This document shows, one piece after another, positions 46,172 to 57,829 of a stretch of 64,000 bases of DNA (position 1 is the stretch's first letter; every line of letters starts with the position of its first letter). Below the pieces are notes generated by a model. That model saw nothing but the letters and a program-made list of their open reading frames with translations. It searched no databases and was not told where the DNA came from. The translations under genes and the position numbers were made by a program. The stretch is from assembly GCA_965219535.1 (NCBI GenBank), contig CBDCNV010000002.1, positions 2,154,981 through 2,218,980 on the forward strand, in the 5' to 3' direction. Origin of the DNA: Opitutales bacterium. Its GTDB lineage: Bacteria > Verrucomicrobiota > Verrucomicrobiia > Opitutales > PNEW01.

Positions 46172-46945
46172 TTATCCTTCAAAGTTGCGTATGTTATTTA
46201 AAAAAGGACCGAACCCATTTTCTCCCAGCCAGTATCGCAGAAGATCCCTGACGCCACGAGATGTAATCGTCGCTCCTGATAAACCATCTACCTGGTATTG
46301 AAGATCTGTACTGTTGGGGTTCACTTTTCCTTTAAGGACTTCTATGCGGGTGTTCCAACTTTCGTCAAACGCTTTTTTCCCAACCCACTGGGCTTTCCAG
46401 AGCGGGTTATCCACTTCACCTCCGAGTCCCGGTGTTTCACCATGTTCATAAAAAGCAAAACCATTAATTGTTGTCATATCAGCATCGAGTGCGAGAAAAC
46501 CATAGAGCGTAGACCAGAGCCCCTTACCATGGACGGGGAGAATCAGTTGTTGTAAATCTCCATTTTCATTAGAGGCGATATAAACTAAAGCATATTTAGA
46601 CCGTCTCTTATTCCCGCCCAAATCATGATCTTTGGCAATAGCAATACCATATTCATCGCTTTTGGCTGCCTTCCTTTGATCAAAGGTTGCCGCATCAAAC
46701 GCGTCGCTATATTCACCGGTGGAAAGATCAACGACGCGCGTGTCGAATTTTGCAAAAAGTTCTTCAATTGATTTCCCTTCTTCCAAGAGACCAGCCGCCA
46801 TAAGGATGTTCTTTTTCCGGTCTAAATCTTTATTTCTTACCTGATTAGATTTTAAAAAGACAGCTGCACTGGAGACAATTACAGAGCAGATAATAGAAAG
46901 CAGTCCTGCGACAATCAGTGTTTTTATAATCGTATCGTTACCCAT
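46172..46945 (-). CDS. nqrC: Na+-NQR subunit C
   Basis: Single TM helix and the FMN attachment region [13 protein letters not shown]. The ATG at 46945 overlaps the nqrB stop (ATGGGTAA). Confidence 0.9.
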   Translation of the reverse strand: MGNDTIIKTLIVAGLLSIICSVIVSSAAVFLKSNQVRNKDLDRKKNILMAAGLLEEGKSIEELFAKFDTRVVDLSTGEYSDAFDAATFDQRKAAKSDEYGIAIAKDHDLGGNKRRSKYALVYIASNENGDLQQLILPVHGKGLWSTLYGFLALDADMTTINGFAFYEHGETPGLGGEVDNPLWKAQWVGKKAFDESWNTRIEVLKGKVNPNSTDLQYQVDGLSGATITSRGVRDLLRYWLGENGFGPFLNNIRNFEG

Positions 46946-48145
46946 AACGCAGCTTTCTTTTTTTAAGGTGCGCATTGACGACAAAATAGTCTATGACGGG
47001 AGCAAATACATTACCGAAAAGAATCGAGAGCATCATCCCTTCTGGAAATGCGGGATTAATGACACGAACAAGAATAACAAGGAATCCTATAAGGAGTCCG
47101 TAGATCCATTTCCCTGTATCGGTCATTGAGGCAGAAACGGGATCGGTTGCCATAAAGACTAAGCCGAAGGCAAATCCACCGAGGACTAAATGCCATGCCG
47201 GACTCATATCGAACATCGAGTTCGTCTCGCTCCCAACCGCATAAAGGAGACTGGACGTTGCGAGAGCGCCAATGAGCACAGCCAACATAATGCGCCAGGA
47301 CCCTACACCGGTAAAAACAAGTAAGGCGGCGCCAATCAAACAGGCAAGGGTAGAGGTTTCACCCATGGAACCTTGAATCTGTCCGAGAAAGGCCTGGTTC
47401 CAAGTTACGGTTGTGGTGAGATCACTCATGCTTTCAGCAGCTACCAGCCCGAGGGGAGTAGCTCCACTGAAACCATCAACGGCAGTCCAGACAAAATCTC
47501 CAGACATTTGCGCCGGGTATGCGAAAAAGACGAACGCGCGTGCAGTGAGCGCGGGGTTGAGGAAATTCTTTCCGGTACCACCGAAGATTTCTTTTCCAAT
47601 GACCACTCCGAAGGAAATACCGATTGCTACCTGCCATAAGGGAATAGTGGGGGGAAGAGTAAGAGGGAAAAGCAGGCCGGTGACAAGGAAACCTTCATTA
47701 ACTTCGTGTTTTCTTATACTCGCAAAAAGCACCTCCCATAATCCACCTGTAATATTGCAAACAAGAAAAACGGGGATGAAGTAAAGGGCTCCATGAATGA
47801 GATTCGAAAATATATTCTCGTGATCATAAGCCAGACCCAGTAACTCCATGACCTGGCCACGCCACCCTGGCGCGGTTACCACACCCATCTCGGCCATCGC
47901 AGCATTAGCTTGAAACCCGGTGTTATACAGTGCCATCACGATACAGGGGGCGAGTGCGATCGCAACGGTGATCATCATGCGCTTTAGATCCATCCCGTCA
48001 CGGACGTGAGTCATCCCTTTGTTTACGTGTCCGGGAGAGTAAAGAAATGTATCAATAGCTTCGTAAAGGGGGAAGAGCTTTTCTAATTTACCCCCCTTCG
48101 CAAAGTAAGGGTGCAGACTATCGAGAGATTTTCGTAAAAACTTCA

Positions 48146-48146
<1 letters not shown>
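46938..48146 (-). CDS. nqrB: Na+-NQR subunit B
   Basis: 402-aa polytopic protein with the FMN site [10 protein letters not shown]. Confidence 0.9.
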
Positions 48147-49498
<1,352 letters not shown>

Positions 49499-49762
49499 TT
49501 ATCCTTATTATTTATATTTTCAGGTTTATAGCTGAATTACTTATTCAATTCCAGGGCCGTTGCCTCTACGGTGGTCGAATTCAAGGGTATTACTGATAGA
49601 TAGGAAATTAAAAGCGTGAATTTATATTTTCTAATACTAAATGCAAGCAAGTTGCCAAAAAATTCATGAAGAGGAGTTACCTATAAGTAAAAACGAAAAC
49701 TTCGATCAGAATAACTTTAACTACACAACAGCTATAAAGGTATAAATCTCTTCGTCTGAATT

Positions 49763-50031
49763 GTCATTGCGAGGGAGGCTATCAGCTGACCGCGGCTACC
49801 GAGTCCCGCAACTACGGGACGACATCTTCCATTCTAGGCGAATAGTCATTGTGCTTACTCTTACCAGTCACATGGTAAATCTTTCCAATGAAGGTTCGAC
49901 TTTTAATCAAAACATTACTCATCTGAGGATTAACCTTAACATCTGCGGGTCTACATAACGAAACAGACATCCCCCCGAGTGGAAGATGTCGCTGCGCTCG
50001 GTAGCTTCGTCGCTTTACTCCTCGCAATGAC
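49763..50031 (-). repeat. gene-less derivative of the GIY-YIG element (two long arms plus last ~11 codons, reverse orientation)
   Basis: Arms at 49763-49838 and 49975-50031. 49861-49896 (minus strand) reads NLHWKDLPCDW-stop. Confidence 0.8.
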
Positions 50032-50082
50032 AATTGTGACGATGACTATGATAACCGTGATCCACCCTTTTTATATTTTCTC

Positions 50083-50107
50083 TGGAGGGCCACGCTCCGT
50101 CGTGGCC
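50083..50107 (-). repeat. short hairpin repeat, second copy
   Basis: tggagggccacgctccgtcgtggcc is the reverse complement of 10110-10134 with 1 mismatch. Confidence 0.7.
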
Positions 50108-50143
50108 ACGGAGAAGCACGAAATATAATTTTAAAGTTATTCA

Positions 50144-50357
50144 GAGACGAAGACGAAGAGTGATTCGATTTATCTCTAATTTAAATCTTTTAATGCAAGG
50201 TGGAGCGGGCTGTCCCTAGCACGCTTCTTCTATTACGACTAAATCAAACGCGCTAGGGATCAGCCGTCGCCAAGGCTATGTCGGACAGACACCGCGTTCC
50301 ACCCTGATATTGTATTAATTAACTGACGAAGACACAGACGTGGACGAAGACGAAGAT
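50144..50357 (-). repeat. composite MITE-like repeat, copy 3 (both gacgaagacgaag termini present)
   Basis: agagacgaagacgaagag at the left, gacgaagacgaagatt at the right, central arms at 50198-50225 and 50250-50304. Confidence 0.75.
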
Positions 50358-50378
50358 TATTATTATCCATCCCTTATA

Positions 50379-51665
50379 TCAATAAACACCCTTTGCTTTT
50401 TTAATAGCTTCTGTCGTTAAATCCGGTTCCCAGGGCCACAGACAATAGCCGTCAAATCCATTATCCCTGAAAGCTTGAAGTTTTTCCCCAAGGCTTTTCA
50501 AGTCATGATTATATATCCAGGCATAGGGATACATGGGGAGTTTCCCTTTCAGTTTTTGGAGATGTTTCATCTGACGGTTGACAGTAGAGAGGTTAAAGGT
50601 ATCTGAATAAAACATATCTTCATCTTTGGGGTCGCATGATTGATAGACTTCTGGTCCCGGACCGAGATCCGTGAGTTCATGAATTACTTTTCTTAACTTT
50701 ATGGTGTCCCCTCGCTTGGAGGCATCAGTTATTTCGTCGGCAACAAGGGGTATGATGGAACCCGTGAGGTATTCGGGAAACTTGGGAGCTACCCAGTCGT
50801 AAAGCGAATAAAGTTTGTCGTAATCCGTGCCGAACGACTTCGACAATGAGGGTAGATAAAACTCCAACCCGATCTTAAGATCAGGCAGGTGATCTTCTGC
50901 AGCTGCCCGGCATGCTTTAGTTACTTTTTCAATGAACTGTGTTAATGCATTCATGCGAAAAGTAATCCATAGTTTCAAATAGGGTCTTTCCGTGATAAAA
51001 TTTAAAATACCAGTGGATGTATAATCGAATGGTTGGCTGGAGCCATTGCCAGTTGAAGTCAGACTCTGATATAATGTCCCCACTTCTTGTTTCATTTTAT
51101 CAAAGTCGATGCCTTCAGCTTCTGCTTTATCTCGACAGTGGTCACAGAAACATACGAAGAGGTCCTTGAGCCCATTGCGCGGCCACACCGGATATTCGAC
51201 ATGATTCAAATGTACGCTATCAAGCGATGACCATGAAGCTACGGTTTCACGCATCATCGTCTCGCCCCATTGCAGGACAGCGGGATTATTTGGACAACCA
51301 TGCATTATCATGGAATTCGACTCTCTGTTACTTTTGGTAACATCAACCATTCTGAGTTTACTGAGGTCCGGGCTTAAGGGATGAAGGGGGCAAATATTAC
51401 AAGTGACATGGAACCCTTTTTCTTTTGCCAGACTGAGAAAACGCATTATCGACGCATAGTCTTCGGGCGAGACCTTCTGAAAGCCCGTGCCTTCAGATGC
51501 ATTGACGGAGGGAAGGATTAATGGGGAGCCTTTTTGTCCCCATTTCCAGTAGTTATTACTAAGGATGAGAGTATTAATAGCGGTCCACGAATTGAGATCG
51601 TCGAGGACGCGCTCCGGCTCTTTTAGAGCGACCGGCCAATGCATGAACAAAGCTTTTACCGACAT
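50379..51665 (-). CDS. hypothetical protein (possibly a TIM-barrel glycoside-hydrolase-like fold)
   Basis: 428-aa ORF in an operon with the MetE-like and PHP genes. The CFCDHCRDKAEAEG segment resembles GH-like family 10 proteins, but the assignment is weak. Confidence 0.4.
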   Translation of the reverse strand: MSVKALFMHWPVALKEPERVLDDLNSWTAINTLILSNNYWKWGQKGSPLILPSVNASEGTGFQKVSPEDYASIMRFLSLAKEKGFHVTCNICPLHPLSPDLSKLRMVDVTKSNRESNSMIMHGCPNNPAVLQWGETMMRETVASWSSLDSVHLNHVEYPVWPRNGLKDLFVCFCDHCRDKAEAEGIDFDKMKQEVGTLYQSLTSTGNGSSQPFDYTSTGILNFITERPYLKLWITFRMNALTQFIEKVTKACRAAAEDHLPDLKIGLEFYLPSLSKSFGTDYDKLYSLYDWVAPKFPEYLTGSIIPLVADEITDASKRGDTIKLRKVIHELTDLGPGPEVYQSCDPKDEDMFYSDTFNLSTVNRQMKHLQKLKGKLPMYPYAWIYNHDLKSLGEKLQAFRDNGFDGYCLWPWEPDLTTEAIKKAKGVY

Positions 51666-51709
51666 GACCGCATTATTTTTCTGAACAACCTCTATCGCGG
51701 TTGAATTAA

Positions 51710-52903
51710 TTAAATATCTTCACTGATTTTCTCTTTGGGTACTTCAGTGAAACTAAATCGTTCATCCGCTGCCCGGCATGGTGTCTCGGGTAAACCGAGT
51801 TCGCGTTTTACGGTATTCGCTCCCATCACCGTTGAGACACATTTATAAAATGCGATTCTTCGGGAAATACCTTCGCGACCAAAACCGCAATCAGAGGAGA
51901 GAATCAATCGCTCGGGAGGAATGTATTCCAAAGCTTTTCGGATGAGATCGGCTACCAGATCTGGGGGTTCAACGACGGTATTAGTATGATTAACGACACC
52001 GATCCCAATCTTTTTGGGTGTATCATGCTTTGCGATATGTTCGAGATCTTTCCCAAAAGTACTGGCACACTCAAAAGTAATAACATCTGCATTCATGTTA
52101 TAAAAATGCGGTATCGCATTTTCGTAAGATGGCGGCACCCAGGAACCACGCTGCTGATTAGGATTTCCCCAACAGGTATGGACCCATATCTCGGCATCCA
52201 GTCCTTCAACTTCACGATTGAAAGCCTCGGTAAAGAATTCCAAATCTTTATCTTTAATATTATCCCTCAGGGCGAGGAAATGATGCATCGGTTCTTCAAC
52301 TTGAATGAGCGTGCAACCGGATGCCACCATCGCCTTGTACTCTTCATTCATTATCGCGCTGAGTTCCATGATGAGTTCCCTGTCAGACGGGTAAAATTTA
52401 TTCCAGATCATCGCATTAAGACTCTGGGCACAGACAGCACCAAATTTAACTGGTTTATGCGTCAATTTCTGGGCGGTTTTCCAAATAGCATCATAGTGGA
52501 GAGGACCGCGGGTTACCTTATCTACGAGGTAAGGCGCCTGATAAGCTTCCTGTACCTCCCACATGATTCGGCCGGGTGCGATTCCGTGGCTGGACATGAA
52601 TCCTTTTGCCAAATCGGAGAAGCCACTAAAACCGCCCAATCGTTCAAGGACATAGAAGAACCAGGATTTCCCACCCACCTGGAGATCAAAGCGAGTGTCC
52701 CCATCAGTCAGAATATCCAGACCTGCTGTATCCTGATCGGTTAAGATTGTAGCGACAGCATCGAGGTACTGTTCACGATAGAGGCTGTCACCCATCGCCT
52801 CTTTGAAAGTGCGTCCACGTAAAGACTGGTTAAACCAGTTCGGTTTAGGATAAGAACCGGTCGTAGTAGTGGGAAGGACAATGTCCTGAGTCACTTTAAT
52901 CAT
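51710..52903 (-). CDS. cobalamin-independent methionine synthase (MetE C-terminal domain)-like methyltransferase
   Basis: LPTTTTGSYPKPNWF start, later HTCWGN and SDCGFG zinc-ligand-type motifs. The ATG at 52903 is preferred over the TTG at 52933. Confidence 0.7.
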   Translation of the reverse strand: MIKVTQDIVLPTTTTGSYPKPNWFNQSLRGRTFKEAMGDSLYREQYLDAVATILTDQDTAGLDILTDGDTRFDLQVGGKSWFFYVLERLGGFSGFSDLAKGFMSSHGIAPGRIMWEVQEAYQAPYLVDKVTRGPLHYDAIWKTAQKLTHKPVKFGAVCAQSLNAMIWNKFYPSDRELIMELSAIMNEEYKAMVASGCTLIQVEEPMHHFLALRDNIKDKDLEFFTEAFNREVEGLDAEIWVHTCWGNPNQQRGSWVPPSYENAIPHFYNMNADVITFECASTFGKDLEHIAKHDTPKKIGIGVVNHTNTVVEPPDLVADLIRKALEYIPPERLILSSDCGFGREGISRRIAFYKCVSTVMGANTVKRELGLPETPCRAADERFSFTEVPKEKISEDI

Positions 52904-52976
52904 TACAGTTACTTTTACCAAGCGACCACTCAAGGGTCTGAATCAATATTACCCTAAATCAAAGCCGGGGTATTGA

Positions 52977-53855
52977 TTATTCAAGGAAAAAGGGTTGGGT
53001 CCATGCATTTCTCTCTCCCTCACCCCAACACTCAAACCGCAGATAACGGGTGAATTCGGATACATCCACTTTAATCGAACCGCTATCACTCCAGGCTACG
53101 CGTTGTCCATTTAGAGTTATTCCCACGATTCTGCTGGCATTTTCACATTCGATGACAATTTCGGTTCCTTCCACTTGTATGGTATTAATGACAACGCCGG
53201 TAGAACAATAAAAGCGACCATTTTGCAATGAACCCAAAATGTTTTCCGGGCTGGATGAATCGACATAAACGACATTCCATCCTACGCCGACATCAACATT
53301 TCCCGGCATGAAATGAGCATCATCATGGGCATATCCCCATAGGTGACGTCCTTCCGAGAGGAGCATGTCCCATTTGTTTGTAGCGTAAGGGCTGCCAGTG
53401 CATCTCCCTACCGTTGCGTTAAAAATTTCAAGGCCCACATAATCCGTCCATTGCTGCAAAAGTTCGAGTGGACAAAAATTAAAATTATAATCCAGGTTCG
53501 GATGGGCAACGACGACGAAACCCTGGGTAGATTTTGCTTCATCGAAGACTAACTGTCGGTCGGCATGTGGTTCAATTCGGCGGTCACCATTTACATGCAC
53601 TAAATGCGGGCCATCCTTTGAAATTTCATTTCCAGGTAGGAGCACGAGACCTTTATTGTCGATCTTTTCGTAGGTTTCATGTCCGGTGAAAATATCATGA
53701 TCGGATATTGAGAGAAACTGGTAACCGAGATTAGCGTAAGTATTAATTACCTCCTGCATCTCGCAGGTGCCATCACTGTTGGTTGTGTGGGTGTGCAAAT
53801 TTCCTCGAATCCAAGTGCCCCCTTTTAATTTTTCATAGGGATGTGTTATCTGCAT
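52977..53855 (-). CDS. PHP-domain metal-dependent phosphoesterase
   Basis: NLHTHTTNSDG, SISDHD, VAHP and HDDAH metal-ligand motifs. Confidence 0.8.
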   Translation of the reverse strand: MQITHPYEKLKGGTWIRGNLHTHTTNSDGTCEMQEVINTYANLGYQFLSISDHDIFTGHETYEKIDNKGLVLLPGNEISKDGPHLVHVNGDRRIEPHADRQLVFDEAKSTQGFVVVAHPNLDYNFNFCPLELLQQWTDYVGLEIFNATVGRCTGSPYATNKWDMLLSEGRHLWGYAHDDAHFMPGNVDVGVGWNVVYVDSSSPENILGSLQNGRFYCSTGVVINTIQVEGTEIVIECENASRIVGITLNGQRVAWSDSGSIKVDVSEFTRYLRFECWGEGERNAWTQPFFLE

Positions 53856-54130
53856 AATAGGTAATTTTCGATATTAATATAACTCAATTAATCGCTTTTA
53901 AGCCCAGTTTGTTTATAGATAAGAAGTCATCGTTGTAGTGGGAAGCATCATCTCACGGGTTATTTTTATTTTCTCTAACCCTAATGCCAAAAGGAATACA
54001 ATGATTATTCAAGGAAAAACTAATGCGAGGAACAATCGACATTCGCATATCGCCAATCGTAAATTGCATTGATCCCCATTGACTTAAAAATTTAACAGCC
54101 ACATAAATTAACGCAGAGGTATTAGTTAAG

Positions 54131-54994
54131 ATGAAATTAACTGAAGCGCAGATGGATTTTTACCGTGTTTTTGGGTTCTTAATCTTTCGGCAGCTCTTAT
54201 CACCTGATGAAATGGTTATCTACAATCGCGAGTTTAATTCAGGCATAGAGGAGTGGCTCAAGCATTATAAGGGGAAGCAAGTGAAAGGGCATAGGCGTAA
54301 AGTCTATTTAAACGAGTATGGTTTGGATTATCAATTATGTGTGCCTCTAATGGATCATGACACCCCGTTCATATGTTCTCTTCTGGATGACCACCGTCTT
54401 GTCGATGCTGCCGAACAACTCTTAGGCACTGATGTTCTTGGAATATGGTCTGATGCGGCCTGGTTTTATGGTGACACGCAATGGCACACGGACCAGGTTA
54501 CCTCGAAATACCGGGCTGTGAAATTCGCAATTTACCCGGATCCCCTCAATGAAAGTAATGGGGCATTGCGTGTGATTCCCGGGTCCCATCACGATTCTTT
54601 CTCAAAACAAATAAACGATGAGACAGCCGGAATAGATACTTGTGAAAAGTACGGAATACACCCCGATGAAATGCCGGCCTATGTCTTCAGATTAGAACCC
54701 GGGGATGTTGTCGCTTTTGGCAATCCTCTTTGGCATGCTTCATATAATGGGGGTAAACGTCGAAGACTGGGAGTTGTCATGTTTACGGAGGATCCAAAGA
54801 CACCCTATGCGTTAGATAATATTCAACGCATTATGCATAATATGCATAAACGTCAGGCCGTTCATTTTGGTGGCCAGTTCTACCCCGACTACTGGCGTAC
54901 TATCGACAATCCACGTCATCAGTACTGGGTGCGTCGCCTCAAAGAACTGGATATGCTCGAGACCGCAGAGGCGTCTGCATATAAGGAAGATTAA
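54131..54994 (+). CDS. PhyH family Fe(II)/2-oxoglutarate oxygenase
   Basis: LTEAQMDFYRVFGFLIFRQLL, WHTDQ, RVIPGSHH, LWHAS. Confidence 0.85.
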   Translation: MKLTEAQMDFYRVFGFLIFRQLLSPDEMVIYNREFNSGIEEWLKHYKGKQVKGHRRKVYLNEYGLDYQLCVPLMDHDTPFICSLLDDHRLVDAAEQLLGTDVLGIWSDAAWFYGDTQWHTDQVTSKYRAVKFAIYPDPLNESNGALRVIPGSHHDSFSKQINDETAGIDTCEKYGIHPDEMPAYVFRLEPGDVVAFGNPLWHASYNGGKRRRLGVVMFTEDPKTPYALDNIQRIMHNMHKRQAVHFGGQFYPDYWRTIDNPRHQYWVRRLKELDMLETAEASAYKED

Positions 54995-55041
54995 ATTCTT
55001 TGTATCTAAGAAACTAATATACTATCAAGGATAGGATCGGA

Positions 55042-55821
55042 ATGACACTGAAAGAAAAAGTAGCTATCGTCACGGGGGCAGCGAGCGGGATCGGTCGGGC
55101 CACCGCGCATAAATTTACTGAGGAAGGGGCCAGGGTCGTGGCGGTTGATATTAATGAAGGGGGTTTAAAAGAAACTGTAAATACAGGGTCAGAAAAAGGG
55201 AAAGGCTCATTACAATCTATAACCACCGATGTTAGTTCTTCGGAACAGGTTAAAGCACTCGTGGAATCTGTAGCATCCCAGTATGGACGCATCGATGTTA
55301 TTTTCAGCAACGCGGCGATCATGAAAGATGGTTCAGTTATTAATTTAACGGAAGAGAATTGGGACGCGTTGTTTGCGGTTAATGTGAAAGGTGCATTCCT
55401 TTTAGGGAAATATGGAATTCCCATAATGATAGAATCAGGGGGTGGGTCTTTTATTATCACCGCGTCGGTGAACAGTTTTTATGCGGAATCAGACATCGCC
55501 GGGTACTGCGCTACTAAAGGCGCAACCTTGCAATTGACGCGGGCGATGGCTGTTGATCACGGTCCGGATAAGGTGAGGGTGAACTGTATCTGCCCCGGTT
55601 GGATTGAAACGCCGATGTCGATGCCGTATTTAACTGAAAATCCTGAGGGACGTGAGTTCGCGGGTAAAATTGCTCCAGCCGGTCGAATAGGACAGCCGGA
55701 AGACGTCGCCGCAGTAGCCTTGTTCCTGGCCAGTGATGAAGCTGCTTTTGTCACCGGTGCTGCCTACAATGTTGATGGGGGATGGACGGTAGGCATGACG
55801 AAGGCGCTCGCGCTAATTTAG
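55042..55821 (+). CDS. short-chain dehydrogenase/reductase (SDR)
   Basis: TGAASGIGRA, NAAI, YCATKGA catalytic YxxxK. Confidence 0.9.
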   Translation: MTLKEKVAIVTGAASGIGRATAHKFTEEGARVVAVDINEGGLKETVNTGSEKGKGSLQSITTDVSSSEQVKALVESVASQYGRIDVIFSNAAIMKDGSVINLTEENWDALFAVNVKGAFLLGKYGIPIMIESGGGSFIITASVNSFYAESDIAGYCATKGATLQLTRAMAVDHGPDKVRVNCICPGWIETPMSMPYLTENPEGREFAGKIAPAGRIGQPEDVAAVALFLASDEAAFVTGAAYNVDGGWTVGMTKALALI

Positions 55822-55861
55822 AGTTTAATTCGATTTTTTAGTTTTCGAACCTAAAACAATT

Positions 55862-56593
55862 ATGAGACGCGGCTGGTTAATTGGGTGTTTTATTTTATTC
55901 GTCGTTTCTCTCTCGTTATTCGTTGCACGCGATTATTCGACCTCCGATGGAGAGGCAGATACTTATACTAAAGCGCGTCATCAGATGGTAGAGACGCAAA
56001 TGGAGCGACGAGGGATATTGAATCCCGAGGTTTTAAGAATAATGGGAAAAGTTCCCCGTCACGAGTTCGTCCCCTTACTCTATCGATGGCAGTCATACGA
56101 TGACCACCCCTTACCGATTGAGAAAGGGCAAACGATCTCGCAACCGTATATTGTTGCTTTAATGACCGAATTGTTAGATCCAGAACCCGCAGATCGAATT
56201 CTTGAAATTGGCACGGGGTCGGGATACCAGGCTGCAATACTCGCTGAATTAGTCGATACGGTCTACACGATTGAAATTATTCCCGCCCTTGCCAAAAGCG
56301 CGGCGGAAACTTTTAAGCGCTTAGATTATAGTAATATTCAAGTAAAAGCAGGGGATGGTTATCTCGGATGGCCGGAAGCGGCACCTTTTGATGGGATCAT
56401 CGTAACCGCTGCGCCTCCCTACCTTCCTCAACCCCTGGTTGAACAGTTAAAAACGGGTGGAAAGCTGGTAATTCCTGTCGGCGATATTTATCAGGAATTA
56501 AAAGTTTATACCAAAACAGATGAAGGGTTAGAAACTAAAGATATAATTCCCGTTCGATTCGTTCCCATGACCGGTAGAGCACAGGAAAAGTGA
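55862..56593 (+). CDS. pcm: protein-L-isoaspartate O-methyltransferase
   Basis: VPRHEFVP, QTISQPYIVALM, ILEIGTGSGYQAA, VTAAPP. Has an N-terminal hydrophobic segment. Confidence 0.85.
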   Translation: MRRGWLIGCFILFVVSLSLFVARDYSTSDGEADTYTKARHQMVETQMERRGILNPEVLRIMGKVPRHEFVPLLYRWQSYDDHPLPIEKGQTISQPYIVALMTELLDPEPADRILEIGTGSGYQAAILAELVDTVYTIEIIPALAKSAAETFKRLDYSNIQVKAGDGYLGWPEAAPFDGIIVTAAPPYLPQPLVEQLKTGGKLVIPVGDIYQELKVYTKTDEGLETKDIIPVRFVPMTGRAQEK

Positions 56594-56647
56594 TATATTG
56601 TAATTCTATTATTGCCCAATTGCGATAGTTCATATGATTAGACTTAA

Positions 56648-57829
56648 GTGAGTGATAGTTTACAGGATCAGTTAAATGCGGCAATACAGGTAGAGCGCTT
56701 AGTCGATACGGCGGTAAAAATCATTGGAATTCCCAGTCCCACATTAAGTGCAAAGTCCGCAGCTGATAAACTGGCAGAAATACTGGAGAAGGATGGATTT
56801 AAAGTCGAGCGGCCCGATGCCAATTGGCCTGAGTCTCCGGCGGTGTTTGTGAGTTACGATTCTGGTCAACCCGGTAAAACTCTACAGTTTAATGGTCATC
56901 TGGATACCGTTCATTTGCCGTTTGTTGAGCCCCGGGTAGATGACGGTATGTTGTACGGAAGTGGCGCTTCGGATATGAAAGGGGGAGTTGCCGCGATGTG
57001 TGAAGCACTGCGTATCCTTCGCGACACGGGATTGTTGAAATCAGGAAAAATACTATTGACTGCCCATGACCACCATGAAGCCCCCTGGGGGGATGGCCGA
57101 CAGGTTAAAGCCCTGATTGAAGAAGGTTATGTCGGGGACGGTGTTCTGATCCCAGAATACCTTGCACATTGTTTGCCCGTCCTGGGGCGAGGCATGGCGA
57201 TTTTCGAAGTCAGTATCACGCGAGAAGGAAAACCGGTGCACGAAGTCCAGGGAGGTTTGGAGCAGCCCTCTGTCATAGCAGCAGGTGCGGATCTCATCAC
57301 CCGGTTTATGGAATTAGATAAGCAATTAACAAAATTGACGCACCCGTTAGGTGCACGTGAAAGTATTTTTATCGGGCAGGTAAGTTCAGGAGAAATTTAT
57401 AATCAATCACCGACTGAATTTAAACTCCATGGCACCCGTCGTTGGCTCCCCGGTACTTTAAGGGATAATGTTGAAAAGCAATTTCAAGATATACTTAACG
57501 AAGTAGGGAAAGAAAAAGGTATAAAAGTGAAGGGTGAATTTAATTCCCTCTTAGATCCTTATGAACTCAATGAGGATCATCCGTTGTTGCCGGCTTTTCA
57601 GTCAGCTTACGAGGAAATTGCAGGCCAATCTCTTCCGCTGGGGGCCAAACCATTTTTGGATGATGGGAATAACTTTATCGCGAAAGCAGGGATTCCGGCG
57701 ATAACCCATGGGCCCGATGCAATAGGGGCACACACCGTAAATGAAGAAGTTTCGATTGACGAGTTGAAGAGGGTGGCACTTACTTATGCTTTAACGGCTA
57801 TTCTATTTTGTGGTAACGGCGATGAGTGA
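56648..57829 (+). CDS. M20-family metallopeptidase / deacylase (ArgE/DapE-like)
   Basis: GHLDTV, GSGASDMKGG, HGPD...AHTVNE motifs. GTG start. Confidence 0.8.
   Translation: MSDSLQDQLNAAIQVERLVDTAVKIIGIPSPTLSAKSAADKLAEILEKDGFKVERPDANWPESPAVFVSYDSGQPGKTLQFNGHLDTVHLPFVEPRVDDGMLYGSGASDMKGGVAAMCEALRILRDTGLLKSGKILLTAHDHHEAPWGDGRQVKALIEEGYVGDGVLIPEYLAHCLPVLGRGMAIFEVSITREGKPVHEVQGGLEQPSVIAAGADLITRFMELDKQLTKLTHPLGARESIFIGQVSSGEIYNQSPTEFKLHGTRRWLPGTLRDNVEKQFQDILNEVGKEKGIKVKGEFNSLLDPYELNEDHPLLPAFQSAYEEIAGQSLPLGAKPFLDDGNNFIAKAGIPAITHGPDAIGAHTVNEEVSIDELKRVALTYALTAILFCGNGDE

Noticed and set aside
51986-52744. Long antisense ORFs in the track, for example 51986-52744, 60827-61405, 55014-55460, 8312-8809 and 955-1296.
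   Set aside because: Each lies entirely within, and opposite to, a gene with clear family motifs. They show no recognisable motifs and are typical shadow ORFs.
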